From Eubacteriales bacterium (lineage in GTDB: Bacteria; Bacillota; Clostridia; Oscillospirales; CAG-272): a stretch of DNA of 64,000 nt. The stretch covers positions 17,504-81,503 of the forward strand of contig JAZSIF010000023.1 of the NCBI GenBank assembly GCA_045533675.1, written 5' to 3'. Numbering within the stretch: the first letter of the stretch is position 1; every line of letters starts with the position of its first letter. Below are positions 1 to 9,923 of this stretch, in pieces. Under the pieces are notes generated by a model. The model was not told the origin of the DNA, ran no database searches, and worked only from the letters and a program-made list of their open reading frames with translations. The position numbers and the translations under genes are program-made.

Positions 1-1201
1 TTTCAAGTTCGGAGCAAAGAGAAGAAAGCTCGTCCGAGCGACATCCGCAGATTAGCTTTTTCAATTCGGGAAGGATAGAGATGGTGGCAGAGACCGCGCG
101 AAGATCTTTTCCGTTGGCTGTTCCGTAAACGATCTTCGTTACCAGGCGTTCAAGGTCCAACACTCCGTCCAAAAGCGCTCCGATCTCCTCACGAAGCATA
201 TAATCGGAAAATAACTCTTCCACCGCATTCTGCCGTCTTGCGATCTGACGGGTATTCAGAAGAGGGTGCTCGATCCATTGACGAAGCAACCGCGCGCCAG
301 CCGCGGTCTTGGTCTTGTCCAACACCCAAAGCAGCGAGCCCTTCTTTTCCTTGGTCCGCATGGTTTCGGTCAATTCCAGATTGCGACGTGTATTTACGTC
401 CATTTCCAAAAATTGTCCTTCGCTGTAAATATTCAAATCCTTAATATAAGAAATGTCACCCTTCTGTGTCTTTGCGATATAAGAAAGCAGTCCTCCGAGC
501 GCGCAAACCAACGCACGCTTGTCTTTGATCCCTTCGCAAAGATCGTCCGAGAACTGAGCATGAATCCTTGTATATGCCTCGGAATATTCAAATTCAGAAG
601 GACAGTTATCGTTTAAAAGTGCGCCGATGCGTCCTGTAACAAATTCCGCCACTTCTCCCATCTTCTTGCGGGAAAGATTGGCAATCACTTCTCTGGGGCA
701 ATAGGTTCCCAACTCATTGCGAATTCTGCTTTCCGGGTCAGCCCCACCAAACGTGGTGGCATAGATCTGCCCCGTAGAAATATCGGCAAAGCCGAGTCCG
801 CATTCAAACTCAGTCATATATACCGCGCAAAGATAATTGTTCTTGCTCTCGGTCAAAAGATTGGTCTCAATCAGAGTACCGGGCGTAACCACACGAATGA
901 CCTCTCGCTTCACAAGTCCCTTTGCCAAGGCAGGATCCTCGGTCTGCTCACAAATGGCAACCTTATATCCCTTTTCAATCAACCGACCGATATACCCCTC
1001 GGCACTGTGAAACGGAACGCCGCACATGGGCGCGCGCTCCGCCTCGCCGCAGTCTCTTCCCGTCAGCGTCAATTCAAGCTCTCTGGATGCCACAATGGCA
1101 TCGTCAAAGAACATTTCATAAAAGTCACCCAAACGGTAAAAGACCAAATAATCCTTATATTGGTTTTTGATTTCAAAGTACTGCTCCATCATGGGAGTCA
1201 T
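1..1201 (-). CDS. mutS: DNA mismatch repair protein MutS, N-terminal ~400 codons (remainder lies beyond the window edge)
   Basis: Own minus-strand translation from ATG 1201-1199: MTPMMEQYFEIKNQYKDYLVFYRLGDFYEMFFDDA...GVPFHSAEGYIGRLIEKGYKVAICEQ (MutS domain I). The frame stays open to position 1, so it is absent from the ORF track. Confidence 0.9.
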   Translation of the reverse strand, partial: MTPMMEQYFEIKNQYKDYLVFYRLGDFYEMFFDDAIVASRELELTLTGRDCGEAERAPMCGVPFHSAEGYIGRLIEKGYKVAICEQTEDPALAKGLVKREVIRVVTPGTLIETNLLTESKNNYLCAVYMTEFECGLGFADISTGQIYATTFGGADPESRIRNELGTYCPREVIANLSRKKMGEVAEFVTGRIGALLNDNCPSEFEYSEAYTRIHAQFSDDLCEGIKDKRALVCALGGLLSYIAKTQKGDISYIKDLNIYSEGQFLEMDVNTRRNLELTETMRTKEKKGSLLWVLDKTKTAAGARLLRQWIEHPLLNTRQIARRQNAVEELFSDYMLREEIGALLDGVLDLERLVTKIVYGTANGKDLRAVSATISILPELKKLICGCRSDELSSLCSELE

Positions 1202-1228
1202 AGACTTTGTCCTCCTTGTTCATTCAAA

Positions 1229-1615
1229 TTAGTGGCAGCCGCCTCCACAGGTGGAGCAATCGTGAGTACAGGAAGGTGTTTCTCCCGTAATGTGGAAGGT
1301 AATGGTATTGTTTACCGCATTCATCAGCTCGTTGACGTCAGACTGTGCCTCGTTGAGCTCCACAAACACGGGATGCTCCATGATCTCACGGTAAAGAACG
1401 TCAATTCTTTTTTGAATGGTATCAATAAACAGCGTATCTCTTTCCTCTCTCGTAATCTCTCCTTGAAGCGCCTTCTGCTGAACCTCGTATTCCACCATCT
1501 TCTTCTGCAGATCCTTGTCGGAGCTGTATGCCTCCTTCGCCTTTTCGAGACGAACCAGCTTTTCATCTTCCTTTAATGCTTTGCCAAGCTCTGCTGCCAA
1601 TTCAAAAATATTCAT
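1229..1615 (-). CDS. YlbF/YmcA-like helical protein with Cys-rich C-terminal tail
   Basis: Track ORF 1229..1624. The likely start is ATG at 1615, preceded by AAGGTG. The sequence is coiled-coil-like and ends CTHDCSTCGGGCH. It sits between miaB and mutS. Confidence 0.6.
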   Translation of the reverse strand: MNIFELAAELGKALKEDEKLVRLEKAKEAYSSDKDLQKKMVEYEVQQKALQGEITREERDTLFIDTIQKRIDVLYREIMEHPVFVELNEAQSDVNELMNAVNNTITFHITGETPSCTHDCSTCGGGCH

Positions 1616-1620
1616 ATTCC

Positions 1621-3048
1621 TCACCTTTTTACCTTTCCGTAGAGAGCAAAAGGCTCTCCCCGTTCAATTTCAATTTGTAAAAATTTTCCCGTATCCTCAG
1701 GACATGCCTCGAAAAAAACGATCTTTCCTCCCTCTGTTCTTCCGCTGAACAGAGCATCATTATTCTTACTGATGCCGTCACAAAGTACACGAAGTATCTT
1801 TCCCTCCATAGGTCGGTTGGCGTTCATAGAAATTTCATTCTGTATGCTGAGCAATCGATCAAACCGTTCCTTTTGAACGTCTGCGGGAATCTGCTTTTCC
1901 ATTTCCGCAGCAGGAGTTCCCCTTCTTGGAGAATAGATAAAAGAATAGATCATATCGAATCTCGCACGTTTTAACGCCGAAAGTGTGTTCTCAAAATCCT
2001 CTTCGGTCTCTCCGGGAAAGCCTACGATAATATCAGAAGTAATCACCGCATCGGGCATTTTCTCACGGATGTAATCCAAAATTCCGATATATCTCTCAAA
2101 ATCATAGCGACGGTTCATCGCCTTTAAAATCCGATCACTACCGCTCTGCATGGGAAGATGAAAATGCCTTGCCACATGACGGGCACTTGCCATCACATCG
2201 ATCAGCTTTCGAGAGGCATCCTTTGGATGGCTGGTCATAAAATGAATCCAGTAATCTCCATCGATCCGATCCAACTCCTCCAAAAGATCGGCAAAATCGT
2301 AATCAAAATCGCTGTCCTTCCCATAGGAGTTCACGTTCTGCCCAAGGAGCGTAATATCCTTATATCCTCTTGCCACGAGATCACGAACCTCCTCGATAAT
2401 GGCTTCCCGTCTGCGGCTTCTCTCCCGTCCCCGAACATAAGGCACAATACAATAGGAGCAAAAGTTGTTGCATCCGTACATGACCGATACCCATGCACGG
2501 AACTTGTTCTCTCGGCGAATCGGGATTCCCTCGGCGACCTCATATACCGTTTCATCGTAGCGAAGGATCCTCTTCCCCCGATTCAATTTTTCCAAAAGAA
2601 GCTCGGGAAAACGATGTAACGAAGAAGTTCCAAACAAAATGTCCACGTAGGGATAGCGGTGCTTGATCTCCTCGATCCGATGCTCCTGCACCACCATACA
2701 GCCGCACACGACGATAATGAGCTCGGGATTCTTTGCCTTTAAGTGCTTATACTGCCCAACCAAAGACAAAGCACGTTTTTCGGCGTGTTCGCGAATGGCG
2801 CAGGTATTAACCATGATTAGGGAGGCAAATTCAGGCTTATCCGTAATCTCATACCCCATCGCCTCAGCCATTCCGCAAAGCTTTTCACTATCCGCTTCAT
2901 TTTGCTGACAGCCAAGCGTTAGCATAAAGGCACGGGGGTGAATTCCCTTCTCTTTTAAATACCGTTGATTTCTTTCGTATATTTTATTGCTGCAAATTTG
3001 ATGTTTTTCCATTTCTGCCGGAGAAACGGAACGATTTCTCTGTTCCAT
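1621..3048 (-). CDS. miaB: tRNA (N6-isopentenyl-A37) methylthiotransferase MiaB (radical SAM)
   Basis: Track ORF 1621..3072. SD GAAAGGGGG precedes ATG 3048 (MEQRNRS...). Radical SAM motif CNNFCSYCIVP, with an MTTase N-domain and a TRAM-like C-terminus. Confidence 0.9.
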   Translation of the reverse strand: MEQRNRSVSPAEMEKHQICSNKIYERNQRYLKEKGIHPRAFMLTLGCQQNEADSEKLCGMAEAMGYEITDKPEFASLIMVNTCAIREHAEKRALSLVGQYKHLKAKNPELIIVVCGCMVVQEHRIEEIKHRYPYVDILFGTSSLHRFPELLLEKLNRGKRILRYDETVYEVAEGIPIRRENKFRAWVSVMYGCNNFCSYCIVPYVRGRERSRRREAIIEEVRDLVARGYKDITLLGQNVNSYGKDSDFDYDFADLLEELDRIDGDYWIHFMTSHPKDASRKLIDVMASARHVARHFHLPMQSGSDRILKAMNRRYDFERYIGILDYIREKMPDAVITSDIIVGFPGETEEDFENTLSALKRARFDMIYSFIYSPRRGTPAAEMEKQIPADVQKERFDRLLSIQNEISMNANRPMEGKILRVLCDGISKNNDALFSGRTEGGKIVFFEACPEDTGKFLQIEIERGEPFALYGKVKR

Positions 3049-3097
3049 AAAATTCCCCCTTTCTCTTTTCAAAAAGCAGAATCATTCCAATTATATA

Positions 3098-3126
3098 ATT
3101 ATATAATATATTTGAATATTTGTCAA
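3098..3126 (-). promoter_or_regulatory. SigA-type promoter for miaB operon
   Basis: Minus strand: TTGACA (3126-3121), 17 nt, TATAAT (3103-3098). Confidence 0.55.
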
Positions 3127-3255
3127 GGATTTGTGCTGAAAAACGAATTTTATTTTCAGTTTTTTTGGTAGGTATTGCTTTTTGATCCAAGACGTGATAT
3201 AATTACAGAAGCTCGTTAAAGATTCCCGACATTCTTAGTTTAAAAAGAGGTTACT

Positions 3256-4092
3256 ATGACTTTATTTGAATCATTTATCCACTCTATCCAATGGGAAATG
3301 AACACGCCTGCTCCCTATGGGATTTGGCACATTGTTTCCTTCGTTATTGTTGTAGCGCTCGCCACCCTTTTGGTTGTCTTCTTTCGCGACACCTCAGACA
3401 AGACCATGCGGGGAATCGTTTTCTTCGGCTGGCTGATTATGATTTTGCTTGAGGTATACAAGCAGCTGGTGTTTTCGATGGACGTCGTGGAGGGAACCGC
3501 TGTTTGGGATTACGCATGGTATGCCTTTCCCTTTCAGTTTTGTTCTTCTCCCTTGTATGCGCTCCCCTTCGTATTTTTGCTTAAGGATTGCCCGCTCAGA
3601 CGCTGGGTCATGACCTTCCTGTCCACCTTTTCCCTTTTGGCGGGAATCGCCGTTATGCTTTACCCGAATACCGTGTTTATGAGCTATGTGGGAATCAACA
3701 TTCAAACCATGGTCCATCACGGATTTCAAATCATATTCGGTGTCTTTCTCTTCGCTTACAATCGCCGTCATATTCGCTGGAAAAGCCTATCGGGAGGAAT
3801 TCTCGTATTTGTCGGCTTTTTGGTTGCCGCAATGGCGCTCAATTTGATCGTTCATAATATCCATCTTGCCAAGGGTATGGACGACACCTTCAACATGTTC
3901 TTTATCAGTCCCTATTTCGGCTGTGAGCTTCCTATACTTTCCGTCATTCGAGAATCAGTGCCCTATCCTGTCTTTTTGGCAGTATATATCATCAGCTTCT
4001 CTCTCGGTGCTTTTTTGATCTATGCCATTGAAAAGGGAATTTCCATACTTTGCGCAAAAAAGAAGAAGGAATCTCTTGTTCCCGCTGAATAG
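3256..4092 (+). CDS. Polytopic membrane protein, paralog 1 (tentatively YwaF/TMEM164-like family)
   Basis: 278-aa ORF with SD AAAGAGG. Multiple hydrophobic spans. Shares motifs FPFQFCSSPLYALP, TMVHHG and NMFFISPYF with the next ORF. Confidence 0.8.
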   Translation: MTLFESFIHSIQWEMNTPAPYGIWHIVSFVIVVALATLLVVFFRDTSDKTMRGIVFFGWLIMILLEVYKQLVFSMDVVEGTAVWDYAWYAFPFQFCSSPLYALPFVFLLKDCPLRRWVMTFLSTFSLLAGIAVMLYPNTVFMSYVGINIQTMVHHGFQIIFGVFLFAYNRRHIRWKSLSGGILVFVGFLVAAMALNLIVHNIHLAKGMDDTFNMFFISPYFGCELPILSVIRESVPYPVFLAVYIISFSLGAFLIYAIEKGISILCAKKKKESLVPAE

Positions 4093-4157
4093 CTACTCTC
4101 CCTTCACAGGTTGGTTTAGGGAGTCATCACTTATTTCGATTAAAAATCGAGGTCCTA

Positions 4158-4997
4158 ATGTCTTTGTCTGAAATTTTGATTCAATTTTTAGAGCTTCTAA
4201 AACGGGAAATGATCAAACCAGAGCCTTTCGGAGCTTGGCATATCGTATCCTTGATCTGTATGCTCATGCTTACTGCTATTCTCGTTATTTTCCTCCGAAA
4301 CATAAGCGACAGAGCCATGCGCCTGATTGTCCTTGTCGGATGGCTCATCATGGTAATTTTTGAAGTCATCAGGCAATTGATTTTTTCTCTGACGATCGTG
4401 GACGGTAGCTTCGTTTGGTGTTACAACTGGGTCCAATTTCCTTTTCAGTTCTGTTCCTCTCCGCTTTATGCGCTCCCCCTTGTATTTCTCCTCAAGGATT
4501 GCGCTCTTCGCCGAGGGTTTATCGCCTTTCTTTCCTCTTTTTCGCTTTTGGCGGGAATGGTCGTCATGGCATATCCAAACTCTGTGTTTTCCATTTATTC
4601 GGGAATCAACGTTCAAACGATGGTCCATCACGGCTTGCAGGTCGTTCTCGGTATCTATCTCTTTGCATACAGTCGCCGTCATATGCGATGGAAAACCTTT
4701 CTTGGGGCGATTGTAATCTTCGGTATATTCTTTGTGATAGCGCTGATATTGAATGAAACGGTTTACAATTTTCTCTCAAAGAATGAAATTGCCGAGCAGT
4801 TCAATATGTTTTTCATCAGCCCATACTTCTATTTGGAAACCGATCTTCCTATTGTAACGTTTCTTCGAAATTTTATTTCGCATCGAACATTTTTGAGATT
4901 GTACGCTGTTGCGTTTCCCATTGGGGCCTTTATCATTTACTCCGCGGAAAAAGGAATCTATCACCTGTTTTCAAGGGAAAAGCATGAACCAAGATAA
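4158..4997 (+). CDS. Polytopic membrane protein, paralog 2 (tandem duplicate of 3256..4092)
   Basis: 279-aa ORF. By eye roughly half of its residues are identical to paralog 1, including FPFQFCSSPLYALP, LLKDC, QTMVHHG and FNMFFISPYF. Confidence 0.8.
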   Translation: MSLSEILIQFLELLKREMIKPEPFGAWHIVSLICMLMLTAILVIFLRNISDRAMRLIVLVGWLIMVIFEVIRQLIFSLTIVDGSFVWCYNWVQFPFQFCSSPLYALPLVFLLKDCALRRGFIAFLSSFSLLAGMVVMAYPNSVFSIYSGINVQTMVHHGLQVVLGIYLFAYSRRHMRWKTFLGAIVIFGIFFVIALILNETVYNFLSKNEIAEQFNMFFISPYFYLETDLPIVTFLRNFISHRTFLRLYAVAFPIGAFIIYSAEKGIYHLFSREKHEPR

Positions 4998-4998
4998 A

Positions 4999-5046
4999 AA
5001 AGTCTGTCACCTTCCCTTAAGGGAAAGTGACAGACTTTCTTTTTTG
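4999..5046. terminator. Bidirectional intrinsic terminator between paralog 2 (+) and rpmA (-)
   Basis: Hairpin of about 19 bp, aaagtctgtcaccttccc/gggaaagtgacagacttt, with one mismatch. It is flanked by an A-run on the 5' side and a T-run on the 3' side. Confidence 0.8.
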
Positions 5047-5100
5047 TGAACTAAATGGGGTTCACTTCATTTCGCAACTGCTTTTTTATGCCGCAAGGAA

Positions 5101-5379
5101 TTAGTCAGCGTATACGCTAACCTGCTTCTTGCTCTTGGTCTTCTGCTCAAACTTAACCTTGCCGTCGATCAGGGCAAACAGAGTGTCATCCTTACCGATA
5201 CCAACATTGTTACCGGGGTGGATGGAAGTTCCTCTCTGTCTTACCAGGATGTTTCCGGCAAGAACAGCCTGTCCGTCAGCCTTCTTAACGCCAAGGCGCT
5301 TGGACTCACTGTCACGTCCGTTCTTCGTGGAACCGACACCTTTTTTATGAGCAAAGAACTGTAAACTAAGCTTCAACAT
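5101..5379 (-). CDS. rpmA: 50S ribosomal protein L27 with N-terminal propeptide
   Basis: [32 protein letters not shown]... from ATG 5379, with SD AGGAGG upstream. The MLKLSLQFF extension is the Prp-cleaved type. Confidence 0.95.
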   Translation of the reverse strand: MLKLSLQFFAHKKGVGSTKNGRDSESKRLGVKKADGQAVLAGNILVRQRGTSIHPGNNVGIGKDDTLFALIDGKVKFEQKTKSKKQVSVYAD

Positions 5380-5438
5380 GATTCGTTCCTCCTGATGAAT
5401 GTAATAATGTGCAAAACTGCAATTCGGATGCTGGGAGA

Positions 5439-5798
5439 TCAATCGTAGTCAATATCCTTGACCTCGACATCCAGATAGTCGTAATACTCCTCCAAGAGCT
5501 CGTTGAGCTGGTAATAGTAGGACATAAACAGTCCCGATACCGCATAACGCTTTCTTTCATCCTCTTCGAACTGAGGAAGCGCAGCCTTGGCACGCACCAC
5601 GATGTGGGTCGCTCCTTCATCCACGGTATATTCCACGTCCGAGGCATAAGCCACCTCTACGGTATTGACGATCAGCATGGTCATGGCGGAAAGCGCCGCG
5701 CAAAGCACGTCGTCACCCGCTTCACCGTAACCGGTATGTCCCTGCTCCTCGAAGCCGTAATATACACCGCTGCTTCTGAAAAAAACGATTTTTGTCAT
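5439..5798 (-). CDS. prp: Ribosomal-processing cysteine protease Prp (YsxB family)
   Basis: 119-aa ORF located between rplU and rpmA. Motif [18 protein letters not shown]. Confidence 0.85.
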   Translation of the reverse strand: MTKIVFFRSSGVYYGFEEQGHTGYGEAGDDVLCAALSAMTMLIVNTVEVAYASDVEYTVDEGATHIVVRAKAALPQFEEDERKRYAVSGLFMSYYYQLNELLEEYYDYLDVEVKDIDYD

Positions 5799-5822
5799 TT
5801 CAGCGCTTCGATCCCAATGGAA

Positions 5823-6134
5823 TTAGCCCTGAATGGACAGGATCTGTACCTTGGTATAAGGCTGTCTGTGACCGATCTTCTTCTTCTCGTTTTTCTTAGC
5901 CTTGTACTTCATTACATAAATTTTCTTGCCCTTGCCATTAGCAACGACCTTTGCGGTAACTGCCGCACCTTCAACCAGGGGAGATCCAACCTTGAACTCA
6001 CTTCCTGCCGACACTGCCTTGACACGGTCAAACGTCACCGTATCACCCTCGTTAACGTCGAGCTTCTCAACAAAAACGATATCACCCTCGTTAACCTTGT
6101 ACTGCTTTCCGCCTGTTTCAATAATTGCGTACAC
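5823..6134 (-). CDS. rplU: 50S ribosomal protein L21
   Basis: [18 protein letters not shown]... The likely start is GTG at 6134, 9 nt after GAGAGG. The track ORF extends to 6143. Confidence 0.9.
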   Translation of the reverse strand: MYAIIETGGKQYKVNEGDIVFVEKLDVNEGDTVTFDRVKAVSAGSEFKVGSPLVEGAAVTAKVVANGKGKKIYVMKYKAKKNEKKKIGHRQPYTKVQILSIQG

Positions 6135-6251
6135 GAAAAGCACCTCTCTTTCTTATAGACTCGCTAAATCGGGCGGCGACAGGCGCACTTCAAAAAAGCC
6201 CGACACTAAGCGGCATCATACATTATACCATAGCCATGTTTCTTTTGTCAA
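6135..6251 (-). promoter_or_regulatory. rplU-prp-rpmA promoter plus ~80-nt 5' leader (possible L21-type ribosomal leader, class not verified)
   Basis: Minus strand: TTGACA (6251-6246), 18 nt, TGgTATAAT (6230-6222). The leader contains the GC-rich pairing UCGGGC...GCCCGA. Confidence 0.45.
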
Positions 6252-6330
6252 TATCTTTTTTAATATTTCCCAAAAATTTTTTCACCCCGTTCAAAAATCT
6301 TCTCTTATTGATTTATTCATAAATTTCCGC

Positions 6331-6359
6331 TTGAAATTGTCACAATTATATAGTATAAT
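6331..6359 (+). promoter_or_regulatory. SigA-type promoter for the M16 peptidase pair
   Basis: TTGAAA (6331-6336), 17 nt, TATAAT (6354-6359). Confidence 0.6.
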
Positions 6360-6399
6360 GGTTGAAATATTATGTTAAGAAAGTATTCGAGGAATCAAC

Positions 6400-7701
6400 A
6401 TGACCGTAAAGCAGCATCGGATCGCTTCAAACATCCGACTGTCCCACATACAAACCGAAATGTTTAAGACGGGCGTACTCACCGTTACTTTGACACTTCC
6501 GCTGACCAAGGAACATTTGGCTCTCGGTCAGCTTCTCCCCGCCGTTCTCCGAAGAGGAACCAATCGCTTTCCGACCATGGCATCCATTCACAAGCGTTTG
6601 GATGAGCTCTATGCATCCGTGGTCGAAATCCGTTGCAATCGATTCGGCAGCAACCTTTCTCTGTCCTTCTCGGCGGAGGTTCTTGACTGTGCCTTTATCC
6701 CCGAGCCTATAGACGTATTGGACGGCGTATTGGACATGATTGCGGAGCTTCTTCTTCATCCCCGCGCATCAAAAAATTCCTTTTATGAAGCGACTGTCCA
6801 ACAAGAAATTCGCTTCGCCTGTGATTCCCTTCACGCGGAAATCAACAACACTCGGTCCTATGCGATGATCCGTTTGATGGAGCTGATGCGGCGGGAGGAT
6901 GGCTATTCTCCTACGTTAGAGGAACTGGAAGCTCTTATCCGAAAGGCAAACGGAGCTTCTCTTTATGAATTTTATCAAAAATTCCTGACCGCATCTCCTT
7001 TGGAATTTTTCTATGTAGGAAGCATCTCCGAGAATGAGCTTTGCGACAAAATTCTTTCTTATTTCAACGGTTGGCACGGCGCTTCTTCCCATACGTTATG
7101 TCTGCCAACCGCCGAAAAATCCACAGGATTTTTGTCCCAAACCGAATCGATGCCTGTCTCCCAGGGAAAGCTTGCCATGGGCTTCCGTACAGGGGTTTCG
7201 GCAATGGATGAGAGAATCTATGTCATGATCCTGCTCAACGAGCTCTTAGGCGGTTCACCCGCCTCCAAGCTTTTCTTGCAGGTTCGCGAGCGTTTGAGCC
7301 TTTGCTACTATTGCTCTTCTGCCTACCATAAAAATTCGGGAATTTTGACCATATCCGCGGGTATCGAACCATGCAACCGCCAAAAGGCAGAAGAGGCCAT
7401 CATAGAACAGCTTGATGCCTTAAAAAAAGGAAAGATCAGCGACGGAGAATGGAATGCCGCCAGAACCTCCCTCCAGAATATTTACCGTCAGATCTATGAC
7501 AATCCGTTTGAGTTGCAAAATTTTTACGGAAACCGCATTCTATTTGGCATCAACGGAACCGTTGAGGATTCCCGAAAAAAGCTCATGACTGTCAAAAAGG
7601 AGGACGTCATTGCTCTGGCAAAAGAGATTGTCTTAGACACCGTATTCTTTATTGAGGGTACCAAAACCGATGTAAGCGAGGAGGAGTTTGATGATGAATA
7701 A
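6400..7701 (+). CDS. M16 (pitrilysin) family peptidase-like protein, non-catalytic partner (no HxxEH)
   Basis: 433-aa ORF with M16-like length and pairing. No HxxEH motif is visible. It overlaps the start of the next M16 gene. Confidence 0.7.
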   Translation: MTVKQHRIASNIRLSHIQTEMFKTGVLTVTLTLPLTKEHLALGQLLPAVLRRGTNRFPTMASIHKRLDELYASVVEIRCNRFGSNLSLSFSAEVLDCAFIPEPIDVLDGVLDMIAELLLHPRASKNSFYEATVQQEIRFACDSLHAEINNTRSYAMIRLMELMRREDGYSPTLEELEALIRKANGASLYEFYQKFLTASPLEFFYVGSISENELCDKILSYFNGWHGASSHTLCLPTAEKSTGFLSQTESMPVSQGKLAMGFRTGVSAMDERIYVMILLNELLGGSPASKLFLQVRERLSLCYYCSSAYHKNSGILTISAGIEPCNRQKAEEAIIEQLDALKKGKISDGEWNAARTSLQNIYRQIYDNPFELQNFYGNRILFGINGTVEDSRKKLMTVKKEDVIALAKEIVLDTVFFIEGTKTDVSEEEFDDE

Positions 7702-8998
7702 AATCGAATATATCCGACACCACTCCTCGCTTCTTCGGGAAGAATATCGGGAATATCACCACTCCTCGGGGCTGACAATCTTTGTGTTCCCAAAAAAATT
7801 GTCCTCTACCTATGCCCTGTTTGGTACCAAGTACGGCTCCGTCCACAATCGATTTCGCTTTTTCCCCTACGAGAAATGGATCACGGTTCCCGATGGCATC
7901 GCCCACTTTCTCGAGCACAAGCTCTTCACCAACGAAGACGGAAGCGATTCCTTTGAGCGATTTTCCAACTACGGCGCGGATGCCAATGCGTACACATCGG
8001 AAGGAAAGACATGTTATCTGTTCAGCTGTACTGACCACTTCGAGGAATCCCTTGAAGAATTGCTTCAGTTCGTGACCCACCCCTATTTTACCCCCGAATC
8101 GGTACGTTCGGAGATTGGAATTATTTCCGAGGAAATTCGTATGTATGACGACAATCCCTCTGACCGTTGCTTTTACGGCATGTTAGAAGGAATGTACGAG
8201 CATCATAGCATTCGTCGAAATATTTGCGGCTCCTCCGCCTCTATATCAAAAATTACTCCCGAGCTTCTCTACACATGCTATGGTGCCTTTTACCGTCTCG
8301 ACAACATGGCTCTTGTGGTCTGCGGAGATGTGCGCGACCATCAGATTTTGGAGATCGCCAATAAAGTCCTTCCGTCTGTTCCCTGCTCTGACCCATGTCC
8401 CCTATTGGAAGATGAAAACAGCAAGGAATCCCCCCATGCTTTCATGCCCTATCGCGAGCAAAGAATGCAGGTTTCCAAGCCACTGTTCAATATTGGCTTT
8501 AAGGATACGGATATCCCCAAAAACGGAGAAGAGCGTCAAAGAAAAGACGCTGCCATGTCCATCTTGAACGAAATGCTCTTTTCCCGTGCGGGAGTGCTGT
8601 ATAACCAAATGGTTGAGGAGGAGCTGATCTCCCCGGCACTTTCTTACGGCTACACGATCTCCGACTCGGCAGCATACAACTCCTTAGCGGGAGAATCAGA
8701 CACGCCCAAGGTCGTTCTCGAAAGAGTACTGGATTATCTGACAAAGGTTGCAAAGGAAGGACTTTCCTACGAGGATTTTCTGCGGGGAAAGAGAGTCATG
8801 TATGCGGAATTTGTAAAGGCATTTGATTCTACGGACAGCATCGCGAACAATTTGTTTGCGTTTTTCTGCGAGGACAGCGATCTTCTTGCCTATGCCAACC
8901 ATCTGGAAGCAGTTACCTATGAAGAGATCTGCGAGCTCTTCCCCCTTGTTTTTCGCAAAGAGGCAGTGACCCTTTCTGTGGTCCTTCCCCTGGAATAA
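7691..8998 (+). CDS. M16 family zinc peptidase (catalytic subunit)
   Basis: IAHFLEHKLF contains the inverted zincin HxxEH motif. SD GAGGAGGAG lies upstream. The track start is 7688 (TTG), followed by ATG at 7691 and 7694. Confidence 0.8.
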   Translation: MMNKIEYIRHHSSLLREEYREYHHSSGLTIFVFPKKLSSTYALFGTKYGSVHNRFRFFPYEKWITVPDGIAHFLEHKLFTNEDGSDSFERFSNYGADANAYTSEGKTCYLFSCTDHFEESLEELLQFVTHPYFTPESVRSEIGIISEEIRMYDDNPSDRCFYGMLEGMYEHHSIRRNICGSSASISKITPELLYTCYGAFYRLDNMALVVCGDVRDHQILEIANKVLPSVPCSDPCPLLEDENSKESPHAFMPYREQRMQVSKPLFNIGFKDTDIPKNGEERQRKDAAMSILNEMLFSRAGVLYNQMVEEELISPALSYGYTISDSAAYNSLAGESDTPKVVLERVLDYLTKVAKEGLSYEDFLRGKRVMYAEFVKAFDSTDSIANNLFAFFCEDSDLLAYANHLEAVTYEEICELFPLVFRKEAVTLSVVLPLE

Positions 8999-9038
8999 AA
9001 TAATCATAATCATACAAGCTTTAAAGAGGAGATTCTTT

Positions 9039-9908
9039 ATGGTTCATGTGTCCTTTCCCGGACTGGGAATTGAAAAATTTACAGTCGATCCCGTTGCTTT
9101 TACCATTCCGATCTTCGGAGGAATTTCGGTTCGCTGGTACGGTCTGATCATCACCTGCGGGATCATTCTTGCGTTTTTGTACGCAGCCTATCGTGCCAAG
9201 CATGAAGGGATCCTTTTCGATGACCTTGTGGATATTGCCATCTTTACAGTCGTCTTTTCGATCATAGGGGCACGTGCCTATTACGTGTTGACCTCTTTGG
9301 ATCACTATGACAGCTTTTATAGTGTCATTGCCATTTGGGAAGGGGGAATCGCGATCTACGGCGCCATCCTTGCAGGGGCTCTCACAATATGGCTCGTATG
9401 CCGCAAAAAAAAGATCAAGCCACTAAAAATGTTAGACGCAGCCGCTCCCGCCGTCATGATCGGACAGATTCTCGGTCGATGGGGAAATTTCTGTAACGGA
9501 GAAGCCCACGGTGGTGTCATTTCCGAGGGAAGCCCCCTTTATTTCATTCGCATGGGGCTTTATCCTCACAATATTCCCGATGTTACGGGAATGGCATACG
9601 TCCATCCTACCTTTCTTTATGAATCACTTTGGAATCTTCTCGGATTTGTTTTGATCCATTGTCTCTATAGAAAGAAAAAATTCGATGGACAAATTGTACT
9701 GATGTATGTGACCTGGTACGGCTTTGGAAGAATGTGGATCGAGGGGTTGAGAACCGATAGCTTGATGGTAGGTCCCTTCCGTATTTCCCAGTTGGTAGGA
9801 TTGGCGTGCTTCTTAGCAGGCTCCGTTTTCCTGACGATTTTCCTATTAAAGGCACGCAAAAATACAGAAGATACTATCGCAGAAGAAAAGCAAAAAAATA
9901 TCGAATAA
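9039..9908 (+). CDS. lgt: Prolipoprotein diacylglyceryl transferase
   Basis: 289-aa membrane ORF with the motif GRWGNFCNGEAHG. SD AAAGAGGAG. Confidence 0.9.
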   Translation: MVHVSFPGLGIEKFTVDPVAFTIPIFGGISVRWYGLIITCGIILAFLYAAYRAKHEGILFDDLVDIAIFTVVFSIIGARAYYVLTSLDHYDSFYSVIAIWEGGIAIYGAILAGALTIWLVCRKKKIKPLKMLDAAAPAVMIGQILGRWGNFCNGEAHGGVISEGSPLYFIRMGLYPHNIPDVTGMAYVHPTFLYESLWNLLGFVLIHCLYRKKKFDGQIVLMYVTWYGFGRMWIEGLRTDSLMVGPFRISQLVGLACFLAGSVFLTIFLLKARKNTEDTIAEEKQKNIE

Positions 9909-9923
9909 AAAGGAATGAAAATT

